From an uncultured Acidobacteriota bacterium (lineage in GTDB: Bacteria; Acidobacteriota; JAQAZP01), in the NCBI GenBank assembly GCA_963836075.1, contig CAWIIB010000009.1, forward strand, positions 2,272,001-2,336,000: a DNA stretch of 64,000 bases, given 5' to 3'. The position numbers and the translations under genes were made by a program. Under the pieces are notes generated by a model. The model saw only the letters and a list, made by a program, of their open reading frames with translations, made no database searches and was not told where the DNA came from. Below, piece by piece: positions 1 to 9,756 of the stretch (positions within the stretch are counted from its first letter, which is position 1; every line of letters starts with the position of its first letter).

Positions 1-2079
1 TGCCGGGTGAAGCTGGACCGGCTGCCGCGGGAGACCGCCAGGGCCGATGAGCCGTTAACCGATCTGGTCTGGACCGTGAACGCCGGGCCGCGCTACGGGG
101 TGAAGTACCGCGGGGGCCGTGTCCCCCTGGGGATGAAAGGAAAGATCCGCAAACTCTGGTCCGGGGAGGCGTTTTTCGATGACAACATCCGCCGGGCCCG
201 GGAGATGCTGGCCCAGCACTTCCGGCACAAGGGCTTCCCCGACGCCGAGGTGACGGCGGTGCAGGAGCCGGCGGAGGACCGGACGGACCTGGTCTTCGTG
301 GTGCGGGAGGGTCCGGCCGCCCGGATCGCCTCCATCGAGGTCAGCGGCAACCGGCTGTTCAACACCTCGCAGGCGCTCGCCCTGTTGGAAGGTGGTCCGG
401 AGGATGTCCAGTTGAAGAGCGGTGTCCTCTACGTGGAGGACCAGGTGCTGCCGGCCCTTGGCCGGCTGCGCACGGCCTACCGCGCCCGGGGCTACAACGA
501 CTGCCGGATCACCCACTTCACCGGGGCGCCCCTGGCCGGTTCGGCCGACGGCAGGGAGAAGACGGTGCCTTTGCAGATCATGATCAGCGAGGGGCCGCAG
601 GACGTGGTGCGCCTGGTCCGGTTCAGCGGCCTCAACGGCCTCAACGAGATCGACCTGCGCCACCGTTTCCTCTACCAGGAAGGAGTGCCCTACGACGCGT
701 TCCGGATGAAGGAGGCCCAGGAAGACCTGGTGCGCTTCATCGACCAGGAGGGTTTTATTGAAGCGCAACTGGAGATCGAGGTCACCCATCTCGATGGCGG
801 GGAGGACGGTCCGCTGCCGCACCTGATCGAGGTCGGAGTGGAAGAGGGACGGCGCCACCTGGTGGACGACTGGCGGTTTTCCGGCAACGTGCTCACCGAC
901 AACCGGGTGATCAGCCAGGAGATGGTGATTCTGCCTGGACAGCCGCTCAGCCGATTCGGCATGCTGCAGAGCCAGCGCAACCTTTACCGCACCGGTCTTT
1001 TCGATCAGGTGGTGGTCCGCTACGAACCGCTGCCCGGCCCGGCGGACGGGCCGCTCAACGTCCGCCTGCTGGTGGAGGTGGAGGAGCGGGACAACCTTCA
1101 GCTCACCGGTGCCGTGGGCTACGACACCGAGGAGAAGCTCCGGGGCTATCTGCAGTTCAACAACCTCAACTTCATGGGCGCCCGCCGGATCCTTGGCCTG
1201 CAGCTCAGGGGATCCAGCTTGCGCCAGCGGCTGCAGGTTACCGGCACTGAAACCCGCTTCCTCAACCGTCGCAACATGGAGGCCACGGTGGTGGCCTTTG
1301 CCGCCCAGGAGCAGGAAGTGAGCTACGACATTTCGCGGCTCAGCGCCTCCTTCCAGGTGGACTGGAAGTATTCGCCGCACTGGCGCTTTCTCTACGGCTA
1401 CAACTTCGAGGCCAACCGTCTCGATGAGGTTCGGGTGCTGGAGGATGTGATCGAGGACCGCGAAGAGACGTACCGCATCTCCCGGCTCCGCCTGTCACCG
1501 ATCTATGACGCCCGGGACGATTTCTTCAACCCCACCCGCGGTCTGTTCGTCCGCGGCGAACTGGAATCGGCCCTCAGGGTGCTCGGTTCTCAGACGGAGT
1601 TCCTCCGTTCTTTGTTCAGCGGCAGTTACTATCAGCCGCTCTCCAACCGTACGGTCTGGATCTCCACCGCGCGGCTGGGGCTGATGGGCTGGCCGGGCTC
1701 CGACCAGTACATCCCGATCTCTCAACGCTTTTTCGCCGGCGGTTCGAACACCGTGCGCGGGTTCCCCCTGGACCGGCTGGGGCCGCAGGATCCCAAGTCC
1801 GGCCTGCCCCTGGGCGGCGAGGCGCTGGTGGTGCTGAACCAGGAACTGCGCTTTCCACTGTACGGCGACCTGGGGGCTTCGGTGTTTGTCGATCTGGGCA
1901 ACGTGTTTCTCACCGTGAGTGACATGTTCGACGACTTCAAACTCCGCCAAACCGCCGGCGTGGGCTTGCACTACCACACGCCGGTGGGCCCGGTGCGCAT
2001 GGAATACGGTTGGAAACTGGACCGCGAGGAGGGGGAGGGAATAGGCGAATTCTATCTGAGCATCGGCAACTCTTTCTAG
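1..2079 (+). CDS. Omp85 (BamA/TamA-family) outer-membrane protein, 5'-truncated by window edge
   Basis: Several POTRA-like repeats (e.g. 'IASIEVSGNRLF', 'WRFSGNVLTDNRVISQEM...NLYRTGLFDQV'), beta-barrel region with loop-6 motif 'FFAGGSNTVRGF', and terminal Phe ('FYLSIGNSF'). The frame is open from base 1. Confidence 0.9.
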   Translation, partial: CRVKLDRLPRETARADEPLTDLVWTVNAGPRYGVKYRGGRVPLGMKGKIRKLWSGEAFFDDNIRRAREMLAQHFRHKGFPDAEVTAVQEPAEDRTDLVFVVREGPAARIASIEVSGNRLFNTSQALALLEGGPEDVQLKSGVLYVEDQVLPALGRLRTAYRARGYNDCRITHFTGAPLAGSADGREKTVPLQIMISEGPQDVVRLVRFSGLNGLNEIDLRHRFLYQEGVPYDAFRMKEAQEDLVRFIDQEGFIEAQLEIEVTHLDGGEDGPLPHLIEVGVEEGRRHLVDDWRFSGNVLTDNRVISQEMVILPGQPLSRFGMLQSQRNLYRTGLFDQVVVRYEPLPGPADGPLNVRLLVEVEERDNLQLTGAVGYDTEEKLRGYLQFNNLNFMGARRILGLQLRGSSLRQRLQVTGTETRFLNRRNMEATVVAFAAQEQEVSYDISRLSASFQVDWKYSPHWRFLYGYNFEANRLDEVRVLEDVIEDREETYRISRLRLSPIYDARDDFFNPTRGLFVRGELESALRVLGSQTEFLRSLFSGSYYQPLSNRTVWISTARLGLMGWPGSDQYIPISQRFFAGGSNTVRGFPLDRLGPQDPKSGLPLGGEALVVLNQELRFPLYGDLGASVFVDLGNVFLTVSDMFDDFKLRQTAGVGLHYHTPVGPVRMEYGWKLDREEGEGIGEFYLSIGNSF

Positions 2080-2097
2080 GCGGAGGATCGGTGGGTG

Positions 2098-3027
2098 ATG
2101 GCGAAGAAGCAGAGCGAGAAGGGCACTGATTTCCGGGTCCGGTTCTGGGGCGTGCGGGGCAGCCATGCGGTGCCCGGCGCCGGGACTTTGGATGTGGGCG
2201 GCAACACCTCCTGCATCGAAGTCAGGACCGCCGGCCGGATTCTGGTTCTCGACGCGGGGACCGGGATTGTCGGTCTGGGTAAATTGCTGGCGGCGGCGGA
2301 GGAATCCCCCGGCGATGGCGGCATCGAACTGACCCTGCTCATCTCCCACACCCACCACGATCACACCCAGGGCTTCCCCTTTTTTCGGCCGCTCTACGAT
2401 CCGCGGTCCACGCTGCACGTCTTCGGTCCGCGCTACGACGGTGAGACCATGGAAGACGCCCTGACCAATGCCCTGCTCTCACCCTACTTCCCGGTCCAGC
2501 TGGAAAGCCTTGCCGCCACGGTGAGGATCAGCAACCTGGAAGGCGGCGAGATCCTCGCCTGGGGCAGGGGGAAGGACGCGCCGGAGCTCCGGCAACGGGC
2601 ACCCGCTGCACGGAGTCTCCCCCGGGTGAGGGTGCTCCGCTGCCGCAATCACCCCGGTTGGGGCGTGCTGGCCTTCCGGGTTGAGCTGGAGGGCCGCAGC
2701 CTGGTCTACGCCACCGACATCGAGGGCAGCGAAGGAGAGGACGGGAGACGTCTGGCGGCCTTCTGCCGGGACTGCAACCTCCTGGTCCACGACGCCCAGT
2801 ACCTGCCGGCCGAGTATGCCGGCCAGGGCGGCGGCCGCCGGGGCTATGGCCACAGCACTTTTGAAATGGCCTGCGAGCTGGCCATCCGTTCCCGGGCCCG
2901 GCGCCTGATGCTCTACCACTTCAGTCCGGACCATGACGACACCATGGTGGCCCGGGTTGAACGTGCCGCGCGCAGCCTTTTCCCCGGAGCGGAGGCCGCC
3001 CGCGAAGGCCTGGTGATCGACCTGTAA
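2098..3027 (+). CDS. MBL-fold metallo-hydrolase (phosphoribosyl cyclic phosphodiesterase-like)
   Basis: Motifs 'FWGVRGS', 'GGNTSC', 'DAGTG', HxHxDH ('HTHHDH'), 'ATDIE', 'HDAQY', 'GHST'. Confidence 0.9.
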   Translation: MAKKQSEKGTDFRVRFWGVRGSHAVPGAGTLDVGGNTSCIEVRTAGRILVLDAGTGIVGLGKLLAAAEESPGDGGIELTLLISHTHHDHTQGFPFFRPLYDPRSTLHVFGPRYDGETMEDALTNALLSPYFPVQLESLAATVRISNLEGGEILAWGRGKDAPELRQRAPAARSLPRVRVLRCRNHPGWGVLAFRVELEGRSLVYATDIEGSEGEDGRRLAAFCRDCNLLVHDAQYLPAEYAGQGGGRRGYGHSTFEMACELAIRSRARRLMLYHFSPDHDDTMVARVERAARSLFPGAEAAREGLVIDL

Positions 3028-3154
3028 GAAGTGGTGATCGTCCTCTCATCCCGCCCCTCCTCCCCGCCGATAAGTACCTCATGTTGGTTGAACGGCGGCC
3101 AGATCCGGCTTGCGGGGGTTTGTGTGCGCCGTGCTCCGACACCTGGAGGGGTCA

Positions 3155-5815
3155 ATGAGAGATACCAAACATTTCCGATTCCACTGGTCTGTTGCAGGCC
3201 TGTTGTTCTCCCTGCTTTCGCTGACCGCGACGGCCGGGGGGCCGGCTGGTATGGTGGTTGGTGAGAACCGGGTTCCGCCGGGCCTGCTCTGGGTGGATAC
3301 GAATCACGAGGATGCAGCGGTCAACCGCAAGCAGGTGGCGATCACTGCCGACGGGGAGTTCGTGCTCTCCGGATGGTGGATCAACAACGAGCGGGTGCAA
3401 CTTTACCGGCGGGGCGAGGCCAGAAGCCTGGAGTGGCGCGCGGATATCGCGGGCACCGATTGGTTTCTCCCCCTGGAGAGCGACCGCGAAGGGCGGAGCC
3501 TGGTCTGCGCCACCCGGGGCAACGACATGGAGCTGGAATCTTTGCTCTACCTGTGGGACAAATCCTCCCCGGTTCCGGTGCACCAGATGATGGCACCTCC
3601 GGACCACCTCTGGGTCGATGCGGAAACCTGTGACGACGGAAGATTCTTTTTTGGCCTGGCCCAGGGGCCGTCACCGAACTATGCCGGGCGGGTGATCTGT
3701 TACGACCGGCAGACCGGGATACTGCTCTGGCATCACCAGTTGGGCAACCAGGCCCTGGGCCTGGACTGCTCGGCGGACGGGAGACGGCTGGCCGCTTCCA
3801 GCCGCGGGGAAACCGTGGTGCTGGATACGGCCACCGGGTTTCCCTTGGATCGAGTGGAGCACGAGGGCGGCAGCCAGTCCCTGCCGGCCCTCTCCGGCGA
3901 CGGGATGCTTCTCGCGGTGGGCTCAACCAGGGGGCAGCTGTCGTTGTTCGCCTGGGACGGGGCCGACTACGTCGAACGGTGGTGCTATACCTTTCCGGTG
4001 CTGGACGACGAGTCCTTTGTCAGCTGTGTGGACGTCTCCGATGACGGCAGTACGGTGATTGCCGGTACGCTCGATTTCCCTGCGGTCAACACGTACGGCG
4101 GCAGCTGCCGGATCTTCGACAGCTCGTCGCCGTTGCCCCTGTTCACTGAAACCGGTTTCGGGGACCAGGTCAACGATGTGGAACTGACCGACGACGGATC
4201 GAGGGCCGCGGCGGTCTCCCACGGACAACAGGGGAGCGGAGACGGTTTTCTGCTGGCGGTATTCGACAGGGACAGCGGCCGTACCGTCTTCTCGGTTCCG
4301 GACAACACATTCCAGGGTATCGGATCGACATTCAGTGTCGCCCTCTCTGCCGATGGGGCATATGCGGCATTCGGGGGCAGGGCCGGCCACGCTCGCGAAG
4401 AAGGTTCCGGTGGATACATGGCCATGGCCCGGCTTCCCATGTCCTTCCTCTCCATCCTTGACAGCGGGGGCGGGGAAACGGATGAGATCCTGGTGGGGCG
4501 GGAGATGGGCCTCCTGCTGGAAGACCGTAACGCCGGCACCGACCCGGGGGGGGCCATGGAGACCGTCCAGGTGCGGGTGGTCAACATGACCAGTGCCGAC
4601 GAAGAGATCGCCGCCCTGACTGAAACCGCACCGGGCAGCGGCCACTTCAATGGCACCCTGCCCACACTGTTCTCGCCATCATGCCCGCCGGTGGCCGGGG
4701 ACGGTCGTCTGGATTGCGGCAGCGGAGACCTGGTGCGTGCGGTCTATATCGACGCCGGCGATCCGGAAGACCAGGCGCGGGTTGAAGCACACACCCGCTG
4801 GCCTCTGCAGATCGTCGGTGCTCCGGGGCCGGGGCAAGGCAACCCGGCCCGCGGCCGGATCGTCGATCCCTTTGGCCAGGCTGATCTGGCCGGCGATATC
4901 GAGCCTTATGGGGCAGCGGTGGGCTACGGTCTGCGTCTGGCCCTGGGGGACATCGACGGCGACGGCATCGATGAAATCGTCTGTGGTCCGGGCCCCGGCC
5001 TGGAATACGGCCCGCTGGTCCGGGCCTTCGAGGCCGACGGCAGCCTGGTGACCCGCGTGTCGTTCATGGCGTACGGCACATGGCGCTTCGGGGTCAATGT
5101 GGCCTGTGGCGACGTGGACGGCGACGGCATCGACGAGATCATCACCGGCGCCGGGCCGGGTGAAGTGTTTGGTCCCCACGTCCGCGGCTGGGACGCTGAC
5201 GGCGCTGCGGTGACTCCGATGGACGGGATCAGTTTCCTGGCCTACGGGACAAACCGTTACGGGGTCAACGTGGCCTGCGGTGATGTGGATGGCGACGGCA
5301 TGGACGAGATCATCACCGGCGCCGGGCCGGGCGGGGTGTTCGGTCCCCACGTCCGTGGCTGGAACCACGACGGTGGGACCACCACCTCCCCGATCCCCGG
5401 GTTCAGTTTCCTGGCTTACGGGGCCAACCGCTTCGGCGTCAACGTGGCCTGCGGCGACCTGCAGGGGGACGGCGTGGCCGAAGTCGTCACCGGCCCCGGT
5501 CCGGGTGACATGTTCCCGGCCCATGTCCGGGCCTGGCGCCTGGATGGCTCGGCCGTCTCTCCGGTGGCCGGGGTCAGCTTTCTGGCTTATGACGGTGAGT
5601 ATCGTTACGGCGCCGCGGTGGCCGCCGGCGACCTCGACCTCGACGGGACCGACGAGATGATCACCGCGCCGGGAGCGGACCCCCGGGCCCCCTGCCGGGT
5701 GAGGGGGTTCAAGATGACCGGCACCGGCGTGCAGCAGCTGGACTATTGTGATTTCCTGGCTTTTGACGGCCTGGTGAGCCACGGCGGAAACGTCGCCGCC
5801 GGCAGTTTGCGGTGA
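3155..5815 (+). CDS. Secreted multidomain protein: WD40/YVTN-like beta-propeller, ETxxxSGxFxG-type domain, C-terminal FG-GAP-like repeats
   Basis: ATG at 3155 follows GGAGGGG; signal peptide 'FHWSVAGLLFSLLSLTATA'; repeated 'SxDGxxxxxG' blades; five 'VACGDVDGDGxDEIITGAGPG...PHVRGW'-type repeats. Confidence 0.75.
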   Translation: MRDTKHFRFHWSVAGLLFSLLSLTATAGGPAGMVVGENRVPPGLLWVDTNHEDAAVNRKQVAITADGEFVLSGWWINNERVQLYRRGEARSLEWRADIAGTDWFLPLESDREGRSLVCATRGNDMELESLLYLWDKSSPVPVHQMMAPPDHLWVDAETCDDGRFFFGLAQGPSPNYAGRVICYDRQTGILLWHHQLGNQALGLDCSADGRRLAASSRGETVVLDTATGFPLDRVEHEGGSQSLPALSGDGMLLAVGSTRGQLSLFAWDGADYVERWCYTFPVLDDESFVSCVDVSDDGSTVIAGTLDFPAVNTYGGSCRIFDSSSPLPLFTETGFGDQVNDVELTDDGSRAAAVSHGQQGSGDGFLLAVFDRDSGRTVFSVPDNTFQGIGSTFSVALSADGAYAAFGGRAGHAREEGSGGYMAMARLPMSFLSILDSGGGETDEILVGREMGLLLEDRNAGTDPGGAMETVQVRVVNMTSADEEIAALTETAPGSGHFNGTLPTLFSPSCPPVAGDGRLDCGSGDLVRAVYIDAGDPEDQARVEAHTRWPLQIVGAPGPGQGNPARGRIVDPFGQADLAGDIEPYGAAVGYGLRLALGDIDGDGIDEIVCGPGPGLEYGPLVRAFEADGSLVTRVSFMAYGTWRFGVNVACGDVDGDGIDEIITGAGPGEVFGPHVRGWDADGAAVTPMDGISFLAYGTNRYGVNVACGDVDGDGMDEIITGAGPGGVFGPHVRGWNHDGGTTTSPIPGFSFLAYGANRFGVNVACGDLQGDGVAEVVTGPGPGDMFPAHVRAWRLDGSAVSPVAGVSFLAYDGEYRYGAAVAAGDLDLDGTDEMITAPGADPRAPCRVRGFKMTGTGVQQLDYCDFLAFDGLVSHGGNVAAGSLR
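4930..5812 (+). repeat. Five ~58-60 aa FG-GAP-like intragenic repeats
   Basis: Repeat cores GDIDGDGIDEI, GDVDGDGIDEI, GDVDGDGMDEI, GDLQGDGVAEV, GDLDLDGTDEM. Units 2 and 3 are near-identical at DNA level (gacgagatcatcaccggcgccgggccggg...ggtccccacgtccg). Confidence 0.85.
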
Positions 5816-5820
5816 CTCTG

Positions 5821-7101
5821 CTACGACCTCCGCACCCAGCGCAGGATCTCCATCGGCCCGGGCCGCTTGCCATACATCAGGATCCCCACCCGGAAGATCT
5901 TGCCCACCAGCCAGATCATCGCCACGTTGGTTGCGATGAGCAGGATGACGGAGAGGGCGATCTGCCAGAAGGCCGGCATCACCGTGTTGATCCGCACCAT
6001 CATGATGAAGGGGGTGAAGAAGGGGATCAGCGACACCACCTGGGCGATCATCGACGTGGGGTTGTTCATGAAAAAGAAGACCGTGGAGAGCGGAATGATC
6101 AGCAGCAGGATCACCGGCATCTGTGCCTGCTGGGCTTCCTGCTCGGTGTTGCACACCGCGCCCACCGCCGCGTAGAGGGTGGCATAGAGGAAGTAGCCCA
6201 GCACGTAGAACAGGATCATGTAGATGAACATCGTGGGGGAGAGCCCCTCCAGCAGCGGTCCCAGGGTCTCCTGTGACGAACCGTAGATCAGGAACGCGGC
6301 GCCGGAGAGGGCGTAGACGGTCATCTGGGTCAGCCCCACCAGGGCGATGCCCACCACCTTGCCCATCATCAGCTGGAAGGGGGTGAGCGACGAGAGCAGC
6401 ACCTCGACGATTCGTGAGGACTTCTCCTCGATGACCCCGCGCATGATGGCCACACCCCAGAGGACGAACATCATGTAGAAGAGGAAGATGAAGAGGTAGT
6501 TGGCCACGAAGCCGATCACCCGGGCCGCTTCCGATTTCTCCTTTTCCTCGCCGCTCCTGGTCACCTCCACCACGCTCATCTCAATACCGCGGGTCAGCTC
6601 CCGCAGCTGGTCGCGGTCCAGGCCGGAGTCGGAGTCAGCCAGCCGCAGGTCCAGCGCCACCTTGTACAGTGCGTTGTCCATCCGCTGCTGCTCGTTGAAG
6701 CTGATGTTGCGGGAGAAATACTTGATCCCGCCCTCCTCGTCGAACTCGCGCTCCACCACCAGGTAGGCGTCGAGGGAGCCGTCCAGCACCCGCTGGTTCA
6801 GCTCCTGGCGGGCGGCGGTGGGGCCCTGGTCACCCGGGTCCACCATCTCCAGGGCGTAGCGTGATCGCCCGTCGTCCAGGGTGACCTCGGAGAACGCGTC
6901 CTCCAGGGGCCCGGCAAAACCGCCGTGCAGGTCCACCAGGGCCATCTGCTGCTGGACCGACGGTGAGAGCATCATCATCGCCGAGGGCAGGCCCATCAGC
7001 AGGGCCATCAGCACCGGGCCGAGGATGGTGAAGATGATAAAACTCTTTTTCTTCACCCGGGTCAGATATTCGCGTCGCAGGACGGCCAGTATCTTGTTCA
7101 T
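5821..7101 (-). CDS. ABC-2 type exporter permease (NatB/YhaP-like)
   Basis: 'REYLTRVKKKSF' N-terminus, large periplasmic loop, 'VIEEKSSRIVEVLLSS...MGKVVG' motif, multiple TM helices. Confidence 0.9.
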   Translation of the reverse strand: MNKILAVLRREYLTRVKKKSFIIFTILGPVLMALLMGLPSAMMMLSPSVQQQMALVDLHGGFAGPLEDAFSEVTLDDGRSRYALEMVDPGDQGPTAARQELNQRVLDGSLDAYLVVEREFDEEGGIKYFSRNISFNEQQRMDNALYKVALDLRLADSDSGLDRDQLRELTRGIEMSVVEVTRSGEEKEKSEAARVIGFVANYLFIFLFYMMFVLWGVAIMRGVIEEKSSRIVEVLLSSLTPFQLMMGKVVGIALVGLTQMTVYALSGAAFLIYGSSQETLGPLLEGLSPTMFIYMILFYVLGYFLYATLYAAVGAVCNTEQEAQQAQMPVILLLIIPLSTVFFFMNNPTSMIAQVVSLIPFFTPFIMMVRINTVMPAFWQIALSVILLIATNVAMIWLVGKIFRVGILMYGKRPGPMEILRWVRRS

Positions 7102-8006
7102 CACGCGGCCTCCCTTCCCACGATATTGACGAAGATGTTGTGCAGGGTCGGCTCCATCACCTGGAAGCGCTTGAGCCGGCAGCCGTCGGACACCGCCCGT
7201 TCCAGCAGTTGCCGGGGTTCCACGCCCTCGGCCAGGGTGACCTCGGCGTAGTTGCCGTAGCGGTCGATGCTGCCCACCAGGGCCTTGTCGTCGAGGAAGG
7301 CCGCCTGGCCCTCGAACTCCAGGGCGATGGTGTTCGTGCCGTAGCTGTGCTTCACATCGCTGAGCCGGCCGTCCAGCACCTTCCTGCCCTTGTTGATCAG
7401 GCAGATGTATTCGCAGAGTTTCTCCACCTGCTCCATGATGTGGGTGGAGAAGACAATGGTTTTGCCCTGCTGGTGCAGTTCGAGAATGATCTCCTTCAAC
7501 ATGTCGACGTTCACCGGGTCGAGGCCGGAGAAGGGCTCGTCAAGGATCAGCAGCTCCGGGTCGTGGAGCATGGCCGAAACAAACTGCACTTTCTGCTGCA
7601 TCCCCTTGGACAGTTCCTCCACCTTCTTCTCCTTCCAGTCGGTCAGTCCCACCCGGGCCAGCCACTGGTCGGTGCGCTCCTTTGCCGTCCGCGCCGCCAC
7701 GCCCTTGATCGATGCCAGGTAGTGCAGCACTTCGTTCACCTTCATCTTGGCGTAGAGCCCGCGCTCCTCCGGCAGGTAGCCGATCCGTTCCTTGAGCTGC
7801 TCGTTCATCCCCTCTCCCAGCACCTCGATCCGGCCCGTGTCGGGAATGAGGATGTTCATGATCATGCGGATGGAGGTGGTCTTGCCTGCCCCGTTGGGCC
7901 CCAGCAGACCGAAAATGCTTCCCCGGGGGACGGTCAGGTCGAGGCTGTCCACCGCCCGGTGCCCCTCGTAGGCCTTGGTTATCCTGTCGATTTTGATTGC
8001 GTCCAT
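7101..8006 (-). CDS. ABC transporter ATP-binding protein (NatA/YhaQ-like, DUF4162 C-terminus)
   Basis: Walker A 'GPNGAGKT', signature 'LSKGMQQK', Walker B 'LILDEPFSGLD'. ATG at 8006 has a GGAG RBS. Confidence 0.93.
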   Translation of the reverse strand: MDAIKIDRITKAYEGHRAVDSLDLTVPRGSIFGLLGPNGAGKTTSIRMIMNILIPDTGRIEVLGEGMNEQLKERIGYLPEERGLYAKMKVNEVLHYLASIKGVAARTAKERTDQWLARVGLTDWKEKKVEELSKGMQQKVQFVSAMLHDPELLILDEPFSGLDPVNVDMLKEIILELHQQGKTIVFSTHIMEQVEKLCEYICLINKGRKVLDGRLSDVKHSYGTNTIALEFEGQAAFLDDKALVGSIDRYGNYAEVTLAEGVEPRQLLERAVSDGCRLKRFQVMEPTLHNIFVNIVGREAA

Positions 8007-8118
8007 GTTGCTCCACCTGTGGCGTTGCGGTTGTGTCCCGGCGGAACCGGTCCCCGGGCGCTTCCTGCATATACGCAATAGCGCCCCCGAGGTTTCAGCT
8101 GCGGGGAGCGGTGCATGG

Positions 8119-8148
8119 TTGACAGTTCCCCCCTGCGGCACCTATCTT
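8119..8148 (+). promoter_or_regulatory. Putative sigma70 promoter for the C45-like gene
   Basis: TTGACA(8119-8124)-N18-TATCTT(8143-8148), about 70 bp upstream of ATG 8218. Confidence 0.55.
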
Positions 8149-8217
8149 TATTCCGTGGAGAGTTTTCCGCCGCGGGGAGTGTTCCCGCCCGCTGAAACCC
8201 GTTTCAGGAGTTTTACG

Positions 8218-9756
8218 ATGTCTGCTGGATGTTCACCGTCTGGTCCCATCCTCACCGTTTTTTCCCTGCTGGTGCTGCTGACCCTTCCTGCCACGCCGGT
8301 GGCGGCACAGAACGGGGTGCTGCTGGACCAGCAGCTGGACGGGGACGGCAAGGGCTACTCGGTGATTCACGTCTGGGGTACGCACCACGAGATGGGCTAT
8401 GCTCACGCCTCGCTGCTGGCCGACGAGATCGTCGACGCGGTGGACTACTTCCGCATGATGCTGGACACCGATTACGCGGACCTGCGGGTCACCATGGCCG
8501 CTTCGGACTGGCAGCCGGCGGAGATGGTGGACGAGCTGCAGGGGATGATGGACGCGCTGGCGCTTACGCACCCGGCGGCAAACATCGACCTGCTCGACCT
8601 GAAGATCCTGAACAGCTTCAGCGACTGGGGCTGGGGGTGGGCCTGCCGCTCCCACGCCTGCTGGGGCAGCATGGTCCAGCCGGGGGTGGAGATGCTGGCC
8701 ACCCGCCAGTTGGGCATCGGCACCCCGTTCCCCTCGCTGAACCACCACGTGATCTGTGCCTGGGAACCCGACGACGGTTCACCCTGGTGGATCAACGTGG
8801 CCTGGGCCGGGTATGTGACGGTGATCACCGCGGTCAACGAGTACGGCTCGCAGCTTTCGCTCCACGACTACCTGGTCAGCGGCACCCTGTCGTCCAGCCC
8901 CATGCCGCGCTCGGTGGCGGCCCGGTTCCTGCTCACCCACCCCGACGGCCCGGACATCGAGAACCACCTGGACGGGGGGTTTGCCGAGCTCACCCTCCGC
9001 GATGCCTGGAACAGCAGTTTCATCAATCATTTTTCCCCCGGGGGGCACGGGGGGGTGGTCACCTGCACCACCGACCTCGGCTACTACGAGATGCGCGAGC
9101 CGCAGGCGGTCTACTTCAACGGCGAGGTGCTGGTGACCAGCAACGAGTGGACCGACGGCACTTTCACCCCCGACGGCGCCTGGTTCATGGAAACCTATTA
9201 CAACCTGGGGGGGCCCAAGACGCTGGCCGATCACTGGGACTCCATGGAGAACCTGGGCAACGGGCTGCACCTGGTGAGCACCGAAGTCCGCGGCGGGCGG
9301 GACCTGACCCTCTGGTTCCAGGGGCGTCTCGACCCGGGCCTCACCGGGCGGCTGGAGTGGGAGTGGGACGACCTCTTTGTCCGTGACCCGGCCACCATCG
9401 CGGTGGACCTGGACTGCCAGCCGCTGCAGGGCACCCTGCCCTTCACCCTCCGTTTCGACGTGGACCTGCGCAACCCCACGCCCTGGTTCCGCCGGCTCTC
9501 CGGCCGGATGGACGTGGACCTGGCCCAGGGCGGCTATTTCACCAACTGGCGGCGCGGCTATACCAGCACGTCGCCCTTCGAGATCGTCTCCATCCTCTGG
9601 ACCCAGTACATCCCCGCCCTGCCCGCGGTGATCGGCGGCAGCACCTTCAGCCTCCACGGCACCGACACCACTCCGGCGCCGTACAACCAGCCGCCCTACC
9701 CGGCGGCCGGCGGCACCGCCTCGGACCAGTGCACGGTTACCGGGGTGGCGCCCTGA
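8218..9756 (+). CDS. Secreted C45-family-like (AAT/Ntn-hydrolase) autoproteolytic enzyme with shared C-terminal domain
   Basis: Signal peptide ending 'PVAA'; 'WGTHHEMGYAH' pro-region; candidate nucleophile Cys in 'ACRSHACWG'; 'WINVAWAGYVTVITAVNEYG'. The last ~120 aa are homologous to the C-termini of two other genes in the window. Confidence 0.7.
   Translation: MSAGCSPSGPILTVFSLLVLLTLPATPVAAQNGVLLDQQLDGDGKGYSVIHVWGTHHEMGYAHASLLADEIVDAVDYFRMMLDTDYADLRVTMAASDWQPAEMVDELQGMMDALALTHPAANIDLLDLKILNSFSDWGWGWACRSHACWGSMVQPGVEMLATRQLGIGTPFPSLNHHVICAWEPDDGSPWWINVAWAGYVTVITAVNEYGSQLSLHDYLVSGTLSSSPMPRSVAARFLLTHPDGPDIENHLDGGFAELTLRDAWNSSFINHFSPGGHGGVVTCTTDLGYYEMREPQAVYFNGEVLVTSNEWTDGTFTPDGAWFMETYYNLGGPKTLADHWDSMENLGNGLHLVSTEVRGGRDLTLWFQGRLDPGLTGRLEWEWDDLFVRDPATIAVDLDCQPLQGTLPFTLRFDVDLRNPTPWFRRLSGRMDVDLAQGGYFTNWRRGYTSTSPFEIVSILWTQYIPALPAVIGGSTFSLHGTDTTPAPYNQPPYPAAGGTASDQCTVTGVAP
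9394..9756 (+). other. Shared C-terminal domain, copy 1
   Basis: TIAVDLDCQPLQGTLPF...RRLSGRMDVDLAQG...WRRG...IPALPAVIG...DTTPAPYNQPPYPAAGGTASDQCTVTGVAP*; aligns by eye with 32720-33070 and 46117-46485. Confidence 0.85.
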
